In this document: in pieces, positions 46,966 to 53,985 of the stretch | How positions within the stretch are numbered: position 1 is the first letter of the stretch | Layout of the letters: every line of letters starts with the position of its first letter | Program-made: the position numbers and the translations under genes | Notes under the pieces: model-generated | Database searches by the model: none | Seen by the model: the letters and a program-made list of their open reading frames with translations, nothing else | Told to the model about the DNA's origin: nothing | NCBI GenBank assembly: GCA_038128265.1 | Contig: JAYPJE010000028.1 | Span: forward strand, 1 to 53,985 | From: Gemmatimonadota bacterium | GTDB lineage: Bacteria > Latescibacterota > UBA2968 > UBA8231 | Direction of reading: 5' to 3' | Length of the DNA: 53,985 bases

Positions 46966-47835
46966 ATGCCCCTCGCTCCCGAACGCTTGACGGAGCTCAA
47001 GCGCCAGGCCATTCACCTGCGGCGCCTCGTAGTCGAGTCCGTCCACCACGCCGGCGCCGGTCACCTCGGCGGCCCTATGTCGGCGGCCGACATGCTCATC
47101 GCGCTCTATTTCGAGGTGCTCAATATCGACCCTCAAGATCCGCATAAGGCGGACCGCGATCGCTTTATTCTATCCAAGGGCCATTCTTCCATCGGCCTCT
47201 ATTCGGCGCTCGCCCTGCGCGGCTACTTTCCCCTTGAGGAACTCAAGACGTTTGACGCCATCGACTCGCGCCTGCAGGGCCATCCCGCCATGGATATGCT
47301 GCCCGGTATCGATATGTCCTCCGGCTCGCTGGGCCAGGGCCTGTCTCCGGGTTTGGGCATGGCGCTGGCGGCGCGACTGAAAAGCGAATCGTTCCACACC
47401 TATGTCATGCTTGGGGACGGCGACTCGCAGGAAGGCCAGATATGGGAAGCGGCCCTGGTGGCCGGACGCTACCGCGTCGACAACCTGACGGCCATACTCG
47501 ACCTCAACGGCCTGCAGCAGTACGGCTGGGCCACCGAGGCGGGCTACGGCGACCAAGCCCGCAAGCCGCCGCAGGAAAACCCGCAGGCCCGCTGGCAGTC
47601 CTTTGGCTGGCACGTCCTAGAGATTGACGGTCACGACATGGATCAATTTATCGACGCCTGCCAGCAGGCCAAGACCCACCGCGACGAACCAACGGTAATC
47701 ATCGCTCGCACGGTCAAAGGCAAGGGCATCTCTTATATGGAGAACGACTTTAACTGGCACTCAAAGCCCGTTACGGACGATGACCTCAAACAGGCGCAGG
47801 ACGAACTAGCTGCCCAGGAGGCCGCACTAGCATGA
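46966..47835 (+). CDS. Transketolase, N-terminal (ThDP-binding) subunit
   Basis: GHLGG, DRFILSKGH, GSLGQG and GDGDSQEG...N motifs. Confidence 0.93.
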   Translation: MPLAPERLTELKRQAIHLRRLVVESVHHAGAGHLGGPMSAADMLIALYFEVLNIDPQDPHKADRDRFILSKGHSSIGLYSALALRGYFPLEELKTFDAIDSRLQGHPAMDMLPGIDMSSGSLGQGLSPGLGMALAARLKSESFHTYVMLGDGDSQEGQIWEAALVAGRYRVDNLTAILDLNGLQQYGWATEAGYGDQARKPPQENPQARWQSFGWHVLEIDGHDMDQFIDACQQAKTHRDEPTVIIARTVKGKGISYMENDFNWHSKPVTDDDLKQAQDELAAQEAALA

Positions 47836-48791
47836 CGACCCTTCACGTTCCACTGACCGCAGGCGATGCGCTCGCCGCCCAGAGAGATGCCTTTGGCGAC
47901 ACGCTCGTCGAGTTAATCGATAGAGACGAACGCGTCTACGTGCTCGACGGCGATCTGGCCAATTCGACCAAGGCCGACAAAATTTCGCGCGAGCGCCCCG
48001 AGCGCTTTTTGCAAATGGGTATCGCCGAGCAAAATATGATGGGCGTAGCAGCCGGTATGGCCTCCTGTGGCCTGGTCCCTTGGCTGAGCAGTTTTGCCTG
48101 TTTCCTAGTCAATCGCGACCTCGACCAGCTGCGCGTCGTCGTGGCACAGCCCAACCTGCCGGTCAAAATTGCCGGCGCCTACTCGGGCCTGCTCACGGGC
48201 AAGACCGGCAAGACACATCAGGAAGTCGCCGATATCTCCGTTATGCGCGCCATGCCCAATATGACCGTCCTCTCGCCGGCCGATGCCGTAGAGGTGCGAG
48301 CCGCCATGATCGCCGCCAACGACAGCGACGGCCCCGTATACATACGCCTGACCCGGGACCCGGAGCCGGTCGTATTCCCCGCCGATTACAGCTTTGAAAT
48401 CGGCCGCACCGTCGTGGTGCGCGAGGGATCGGACGTAACGATCTTTTCCACCGGCGCGCAAACCGTGCGCTGCCTGCAGGCAGCCGATCAGCTAGCAGCC
48501 GATGGCGTGTCGGCCCATGTGGTGCACGTGCCCACGATCAAGCCACTGGACGCACAGGCCATTGCCGATGCCGCCGCGCACACCGGTCGCGCAGTAACGG
48601 CCGAAGATCACACCATTATCGGCGGTTTGGGCGGAGCCGTCGCCGAGGCGCTAGGCGAGTTGCATCCCACGCCCATGCGTCGCATCGGCATTCGCGATAC
48701 CTTTGGCGAATCGGCGGCCAACGAAGACCTGCTGGAAAAGTACGGCATTACGGCCGCGCACGTTGCCGATGCGGCCCGCGCGCTGCTATAG
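47832..48791 (+). CDS. Transketolase, C-terminal subunit
   Basis: GIAEQNMM, THQ, GPVYIRL and EDH..IGGLG motifs. ATG overlaps the upstream TGA. Confidence 0.93.
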   Translation: MTTLHVPLTAGDALAAQRDAFGDTLVELIDRDERVYVLDGDLANSTKADKISRERPERFLQMGIAEQNMMGVAAGMASCGLVPWLSSFACFLVNRDLDQLRVVVAQPNLPVKIAGAYSGLLTGKTGKTHQEVADISVMRAMPNMTVLSPADAVEVRAAMIAANDSDGPVYIRLTRDPEPVVFPADYSFEIGRTVVVREGSDVTIFSTGAQTVRCLQAADQLAADGVSAHVVHVPTIKPLDAQAIADAAAHTGRAVTAEDHTIIGGLGGAVAEALGELHPTPMRRIGIRDTFGESAANEDLLEKYGITAAHVADAARALL

Positions 48792-48992
48792 CCAATCTTG
48801 ACCACAGATCGTTTTCGACCGTTATTATCTGCTGTTACACGGACGCGGGCGCGCCGGTTTGGCGGCGTCCGCTTTTCGCTGCGGGCATCCATGATCGTGA
48901 TCGGCCATCATAAAATTGATCGCTGCGATATGTCGCGCGCGCGTGCCCTGCGATCTGCAATCATCGTACACGCATAACGCATACGATTCCCC

Positions 48993-49023
48993 AAGTGCAC
49001 CGCATAGGTGCACTTTTTCTTTT
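48993..49023 (+). terminator. Probable intrinsic terminator between transketolase and zinc-ribbon genes
   Basis: AAGTGCACC-gcata-GGTGCACTT followed by TTTCTTTT. Confidence 0.6.
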
Positions 49024-49079
49024 CCGGACACCGATAGGGTCTCGGATATGCGGCATGGATAGGAGACGAGGAATCGACC

Positions 49080-49790
49080 ATGAGAGAAGGTCTGCTACAG
49101 CTTTTAAAGCTCCAAGAAGTCGACAAGGAGTTGGAATCCCTCGAGAAGGCCAAAGACCAGTATCCCGCTGAAATCAACGAGCGCCAGTCCGAAATAGATT
49201 CGGCCGGCCAGCTGATGCAGGAGATGGAAGAGGAAAAAGCCGAGTGGGAGAGGAAGCAGCGCCAGAGCGAGCTCGATATAGAGAGCGCGAAAGTCAATCT
49301 CAAAGAGCACGAAGAACGATTTTCCGTCGTGACCAACAACAAAGAGTACGACGCGCTGCAAATGGAGATCGAGGCCTGTAAGAACACGCTGGCAGAACAC
49401 GAAAGCCTGCTCCTCGACTCCATCGAGGCTATTCAGCAGCTCGAAGAGCAAATTGAAAGCGAAAAAACGGCATTTGAAGAAGTCCGTCAGGCCCAACAGG
49501 AGCGCATTGACGAGCTGCAAAAGCAGCTGGATTCAATGCAGGAGCTGGTCGATGGAGTAGAGGCGCGGCGCGGCGATGTGGCCCAGACGATTGAAAAGCG
49601 CCTGCTGACGATATACGAGCGGCGGCGCGGTCCCCGCTCCAAGCGCGTCGCCGCCGTGCGCAAGGGCTCCTGCGGCACGTGCTTTCGCCAGTTGCCGCCA
49701 CAGCAGCGCAGCGAAGTCCGGCGCAGCGAACGCATCATCAACTGCGAAAACTGCGGTTCCATCATGGTTTGGGACGACGAATCCGAATAG
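49080..49790 (+). CDS. C4-type zinc ribbon / coiled-coil protein (DUF164, CT398/HP0958-like)
   Basis: LLKLQEVD start, long coiled coil with KEYDAL..EIE, and CGTCF...CENCGSI. Confidence 0.9.
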   Translation: MREGLLQLLKLQEVDKELESLEKAKDQYPAEINERQSEIDSAGQLMQEMEEEKAEWERKQRQSELDIESAKVNLKEHEERFSVVTNNKEYDALQMEIEACKNTLAEHESLLLDSIEAIQQLEEQIESEKTAFEEVRQAQQERIDELQKQLDSMQELVDGVEARRGDVAQTIEKRLLTIYERRRGPRSKRVAAVRKGSCGTCFRQLPPQQRSEVRRSERIINCENCGSIMVWDDESE

Positions 49791-49802
49791 AACAGACTGC
49801 TT

Positions 49803-50180
49803 TTGGAGTGGGTCGGGCGAACGCGCTATCCGTTCTATTGACGATCGGAAGTGAGGAAAGTCCGAGCTCCACAGGACGGGATGCTGGGTAACGCCCAGGG
49901 GGGGTGACCCCACAGAAAGTGCAACAGAAAGATACCGCCCGCGCCTGCGCGGGTAAGGGTGAAATGGCGAGGTAAGAGCTCACCGCATCTGCGGCGACGC
50001 AGATGGCACGGCAAACCTCATCCGGAGCAAGGCCAAATAGGGGAAGAGAGGTGGTCCGCCTCATTATCATTCCCGGGTAGGCCGCAACGAGGCGACAGGT
50101 AACTGTCGTCCCAGATAAATGCTCGCACAGCGCGCCGTAGAAAGCGCGCGGACAGAACTCGGCTTATAGACCCACTCCAA
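49803..50180 (+). ncRNA. rnpB: RNase P RNA, bacterial class A
   Basis: GAGGAAAGTCCGAGCTC, AGTGCAACAGAAA, GGTAAGAGC, GAGCAAGGCCAAATAG and ACAGAACTCGGCTTA conserved blocks. P1 helix TTGGAGTGGGTC/GACCCACTCCAA. Confidence 0.97.
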
Positions 50181-50264
50181 CAACCCCCTAGCCGGCGCCT
50201 CGCGGTGCCGGCTATTGTCCATTTTTCTCTTTTCTCCACCCCCCGTAGCGCGTATTATCAACGT

Positions 50265-51332
50265 ATGATGCCCAGCCTACTCATCGTCCTTCTTCTGCTG
50301 CATACGGCCCTCGGTGCCCAGAGCGTCGAGGAACCGCTCAGCGGACAAACGGCCGACGGCCAACCCATTGATGGTTTTGTCGATTGGAGCGAAAAGGTGC
50401 TCGTCGTGTACGGCAGCGCGGTGGCCCCCGACCACCTGAGCAATCCCGTGCAAAAGCGCCTGATGGGCTTTCGCGGCGCCAAGGTAGTCGCCTATCGCAA
50501 CCTGCTGGAGATGGTCGGGCAGGTGCAGATCGATTCCGAGACCCGCGCGCAAAACTTTATGGTGCAAAACGACTCGATCAGCGCGCGCGTCCAGGGCATG
50601 GTGCGCGGCGCGCGCGTGCGCACGGGTTCGCAGAGCGAGAGCGCCGACGGCCTGTATCGACTCGCCGTCGAACTGCCGCTGCTCGGCCCGTTTTCTTCGG
50701 CGCTGCTGCCCGAAGCACCGGCCCCCGATGCATCCGTCAGCCATGCCCTGCCGCAGTCAACGTTTTTCCCGTCGGCAAGCGACTCGCAGAATGACGCAGA
50801 CGTGCTGGCCGAAGCACCGCCGGAAGCACCGCCGGCGACCTACGTTCCGCCCAAGCCCTATACCGGCCTGATCGTCGACGCGCGCGGCCTCGATCTGCAG
50901 CCGAGCATGTCGCCGCGCATCGTCTCCCGCAACGGGCGCACCATTTACAGCGCGGCTTCTTCCGATACTGGCTACGTAGCGCAGTACGGTCTCGTCGGCT
51001 ACGAAAAAAACAGTGACAGCGCCCGTCGCTCCGATCGCGTAGGCGGCGAAGAGGCCAACGCCTTTGTGGTGAAAGCAGCCGACGTCACGGGCCTGTACAG
51101 GGGCGACGTCGTCCTCGATGACTTTGAGGCCACACTCGTGCTAATGGCCGATATCGACGGCGAATTTTTGCGCACGTGCAGCGTCGTCTTCCTTGTTGGC
51201 CCAGAGCCCATCGTCATCGACGACGCCTTTATCGATTCGCTCTACATAGATGAGCCCCATCTCGACACGCTATCCAAGGGAAATTCCATTGAGCTTCCAG
51301 AGCAAACTCCACCAGGCAACGCAACAGAATAA
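50265..51332 (+). CDS. Secreted LPP20-like protein
   Basis: Signal peptide from ATG 50265/50268. A...AYRNLLE.V..VQIDSET and YTGLIVDARGL...PSMSPRI motifs. Confidence 0.7.
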   Translation: MMPSLLIVLLLLHTALGAQSVEEPLSGQTADGQPIDGFVDWSEKVLVVYGSAVAPDHLSNPVQKRLMGFRGAKVVAYRNLLEMVGQVQIDSETRAQNFMVQNDSISARVQGMVRGARVRTGSQSESADGLYRLAVELPLLGPFSSALLPEAPAPDASVSHALPQSTFFPSASDSQNDADVLAEAPPEAPPATYVPPKPYTGLIVDARGLDLQPSMSPRIVSRNGRTIYSAASSDTGYVAQYGLVGYEKNSDSARRSDRVGGEEANAFVVKAADVTGLYRGDVVLDDFEATLVLMADIDGEFLRTCSVVFLVGPEPIVIDDAFIDSLYIDEPHLDTLSKGNSIELPEQTPPGNATE

Positions 51333-52101
51333 TTCCCTGCTCTGCGTCGGGCTCGACTCCGAGTTGAGTAAGCTGCCCGACTGCACCCGTTCCAAAGACA
51401 ATCCCGTTCTCTACTTCAACAAGCACATTATCGATGCCACAGCCGACCTAGTCTGCTGCTATAAACCCAACTACGCCTTTTACGGCGCGCTGGGTGCCGC
51501 GGGCTGGGAGACGCTGCGAGCGACCATCGAACACATCCCGTCGCACATTCCCGTTCTGGTCGACGCCAAAGTGGGCGATATCGGCAATACGGCTCAGCAG
51601 TACGCGCAGATGTTCTTCGAGGCATTGGGTGCCGACGGGCTCACCGTCACGCCCTATATGGGCGAAGACTGCGTCGCGCCTTTTCTATCCTACGCCGAAC
51701 ACTCGACCTTTATCGTCTGCCTAACCTCAAACAAGGGCGCCGACGACTTTGAAAAAAAGGCGCTGGGCGAGCGTCCGCTCTACGAAGAAGTCATTGCGCG
51801 CGCGCAGCAGTGGACGACGCACGACAACTGCGGCTTGGTCATTGGCGCCACGCAGCCCGAATACTTTGCGCGCGTGCGGTCGTTAGCTCCCAACATGCCG
51901 CTGCTCATTCCCGGCGTCGGTGCCCAAGGTGGCAGCGCAGAAGACGCCGTGCGCAACGGGCAGGACGAGAGCGGGGCTGGCATTCTAATCAACTCGTCAC
52001 GCGGCATTATCTTTGCCTCTTCCGGCGACGACTTTGCCGACGCCGCGCGCGATGCCGCCCTGTCGCTGCGCGACGAGCTCAATCAGCATAGAATCAGCTA
52101 G
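51289..52101 (+). CDS. pyrF: Orotidine-5'-phosphate decarboxylase (subfamily 2)
   Basis: LCVGLD, YKPN.AFY, DAKVGDIGNT, PGVGAQGG and NSSRGII motifs. Probable TTG start at 51289 (ORF track gives 51250). Confidence 0.95.
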   Translation: MSFQSKLHQATQQNNSLLCVGLDSELSKLPDCTRSKDNPVLYFNKHIIDATADLVCCYKPNYAFYGALGAAGWETLRATIEHIPSHIPVLVDAKVGDIGNTAQQYAQMFFEALGADGLTVTPYMGEDCVAPFLSYAEHSTFIVCLTSNKGADDFEKKALGERPLYEEVIARAQQWTTHDNCGLVIGATQPEYFARVRSLAPNMPLLIPGVGAQGGSAEDAVRNGQDESGAGILINSSRGIIFASSGDDFADAARDAALSLRDELNQHRIS

Positions 52102-52102
52102 C

Positions 52103-53074
52103 ATGGATCGCATACGGCTCGGCGTCGTCGGCTCGGGCAGCATGGCCACGCGGCGCATGGAACGCTTTGCTCAGCAATCCGACTGCCAGCTCGTCGCGCT
52201 CGCCGCACGCAATCGCCAGACTGGTCGCGAACTGGCTCAGCGCTTTGCTGCCGACCTGCACGACGACTGGCGTGCGCTGGTCGAACGCAGCGACCTCGAC
52301 GCCATACTCGTCTTTACGCACAACGAACTGCATGGGGCCATTTCTACCGCGGCACTCGACAGCGGCAAGCACGTTTTTTCCGAATATCCCCTGGCGCGGC
52401 ACCTAGACGAGGGAAGCGCCCTATTGGCAAAAGCCCAGCAAGGCAACCGCGTCCTGCGTCTGGCTCACAACGAACCGGTCTCTGCCGAGCACCAGCAGCT
52501 CAAGCGCGAGACCGAGATGTTGGGTCCGCTGTATTTGGCCACGTTTACACGCCTAACGCCAAGCCGCGGCGCACGCCCCGACGTGCTTTTTAACCTACAG
52601 TTATCCGGACCACCGACGCTGTTTTTTATCTACCACGTCTACCCTTATGTCGACTTATTTGGCCCCGCCTGCTGGGTTGAAAGCTCTGCCGAATACGTGG
52701 GGCTGCAGGAAAACGGCCGTTACGAGCGCTTTGTCAACACGCTACAGGTAGCATTTGAAAAGGGTGGCTTGGGCCAGTGGACCTGGGCCGGTGGCATCGC
52801 CACCAGCGAAGCGGAGGAATTTGAGCGCCTAGTTTTGCGCGGAGGCACGCTGCTCTACCGAGGTGGGGCTTACCACCGCTCGACGCCCGACGGCATTGCA
52901 CAGATCGACTTCCCCAGCGAGCAAACCCACTCGCTGGAGTCGCTCTTTCTCGCCGAAGTGCGCGGCGAGAGCGACGGCTGGCGGGCCGACCTGCGCGTCG
53001 CCTTTGACGCGATGCACATTGGCCTGGCCGCCGAACAGTCGGCGCGCGATGGGTGCCGTATCAGACTCGACTAG
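52103..53074 (+). CDS. Gfo/Idh/MocA family oxidoreductase
   Basis: IRLGVVGSGSMA and GKHVFSEYP motifs. ATG just after the pyrF stop. Confidence 0.88.
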   Translation: MDRIRLGVVGSGSMATRRMERFAQQSDCQLVALAARNRQTGRELAQRFAADLHDDWRALVERSDLDAILVFTHNELHGAISTAALDSGKHVFSEYPLARHLDEGSALLAKAQQGNRVLRLAHNEPVSAEHQQLKRETEMLGPLYLATFTRLTPSRGARPDVLFNLQLSGPPTLFFIYHVYPYVDLFGPACWVESSAEYVGLQENGRYERFVNTLQVAFEKGGLGQWTWAGGIATSEAEEFERLVLRGGTLLYRGGAYHRSTPDGIAQIDFPSEQTHSLESLFLAEVRGESDGWRADLRVAFDAMHIGLAAEQSARDGCRIRLD

Positions 53075-53080
53075 CGCCGT

Positions 53081-53833
53081 TTAGAAACGCTCCTGCAGCA
53101 GGTGCGTAATGGCGTTGGGGCGCGCGTAGTAGCGGCGCGCGGCCTCGTCTTTGCCCTCCCACAACCGGCGCGGGAAAATCGTGTAATTGCTAATCGGCGG
53201 ATTGCTCGCCCGCCCGCAGTATATGTGAATGGTGCGCCGTTCGCTGTCCGTCTGCCGCACGTTGCCGGCGTGATACATACCCGCGTTAAAAATGACCGCC
53301 GTGCCTTTTGCCCCTTCAATGTGGTGGGCCTCATTCAAATCGTAGTGCTCCAACGGCGGCAGGGTTTCGCTCTGGGCTGAACCGGGGAGCACGCTGAACG
53401 TGTGCGTCGTCTCGTCGACATCCGTCAGGTAGAAAGCAACGGAGACATAGTGCGTGTGGTACGGGGGACGCGGCGCTAGATTGGGCCAACCGCCTCCGTC
53501 TCGATGCCAGTGGCAGTAGGGATCTCCGGCAAAGGGCTTGCGGATGCGCACGGAGTGCTCTTCGGCACATATGTCCTCTCCCAAAATCGCTTCTAAGAGC
53601 GGCATCAGGCGCGGCGGTCGCATGCTCACGTCCATCTCTTCTCTTGCCAAGAGCATGTGCACATTGAGCGCGACGTGCCCTTCTTCGCGTTCAATCCAGA
53701 ACGGGCCCGTTCGTACCAACTCTTCGTCAATAGCCGCATTGATCGCATCGACCTGGCCGGGCTCGAGCGCGTCAGCCACGACGAGATAACCCTGCTGTTC
53801 ATAGGTCTCCAACAAGTCGCTTATACTGGACAT
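53081..53833 (-). CDS. Phytanoyl-CoA dioxygenase (PhyH) family Fe(II)/2OG enzyme
   Basis: GYLVV.DAL, WHRD, VLPGS and MYHAG motifs. AGGAG RBS. Confidence 0.85.
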   Translation of the reverse strand: MSSISDLLETYEQQGYLVVADALEPGQVDAINAAIDEELVRTGPFWIEREEGHVALNVHMLLAREEMDVSMRPPRLMPLLEAILGEDICAEEHSVRIRKPFAGDPYCHWHRDGGGWPNLAPRPPYHTHYVSVAFYLTDVDETTHTFSVLPGSAQSETLPPLEHYDLNEAHHIEGAKGTAVIFNAGMYHAGNVRQTDSERRTIHIYCGRASNPPISNYTIFPRRLWEGKDEAARRYYARPNAITHLLQERF

Positions 53834-53918
53834 AACAGCGCTCCTATAGGGCTAAAATTTAGCCGACGAGGTAACAGTAGCAGGCAGCACGCGCCCCTTT
53901 TCAAGTGCGCTGGACTCA

Positions 53919-53947
53919 TTGATTTTGTCGGCGTCTTGTTCTATTTT
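53919..53947 (+). promoter_or_regulatory. Probable promoter of the terminal tRNA
   Basis: TTGATT-17 nt-TATTTT, 12 nt upstream of the tRNA 5' end. Confidence 0.5.
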
Positions 53948-53959
53948 CAAAGGCGTCGT

Positions 53960-53985
53960 CGGGGTGTGGCGCAGTCCGGCTAGCG
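53960..53985 (+). tRNA. tRNA, 5' fragment cut by the window edge, probably tRNA-Pro
   Basis: CGGGGTGTGGCGCAGTCCGGCTAGCG matches the acceptor stem and D-arm of bacterial tRNA-Pro. The anticodon lies outside the window. Confidence 0.75.

Noticed and set aside
43353..49079. Active genomic island or prophage at the tRNAs
   Set aside because: No integrase or transposase, and I found no duplicated tRNA 3' end.
49533..50261. Several short minus-strand ORFs
   Set aside because: They are antisense shadows of the zinc-ribbon gene and RNase P RNA.

Overview
Bacterial chromosomal window with no CRISPR array, integrase, transposase or phage genes. The secreted-protein repertoire (FlgD-Ig/TPNGDG tails, a STWGxIK tail, DFFLFAD dockerin-like tails, ASPIC/UnbV proteins, several PhyH enzymes) suggests a Latescibacterota-like FCB-group lineage; this is inference. 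1-5.8 kb: two CRTAC1/ASPIC-UnbV genes, a TPR protein and a parvulin lipoprotein. 5.7-16.8 kb: a six-gene minus-strand cluster of uncharacterised exported proteins (CBM9/DOMON-like protein, lipoprotein, three tandem paralogues with T9SS type-B/FlgD-like C-termini, a large Asp-rich putative outer-membrane protein). This cluster is the best candidate for an undescribed surface system. 17-25 kb: Tat-exported PLP enzyme, GntR regulator, Opp/Dpp ABC transporter whose binding-protein gene is frameshifted just after its lipobox, RidA-family gene. 25-54 kb is mostly core genome: HU-like protein, hpt, recA followed by an orphan Zn-finger gene, radA, prmC, prfA, rpmE, rho, two paralogous surface proteins with SEA-like GS-hydrophobic motifs, dnaG, tRNA-Ile2, tRNA-Val, a small catabolic cassette, a zinc-ribbon protein, RNase P RNA, pyrF and the 5' end of a tRNA-Pro at the right edge.
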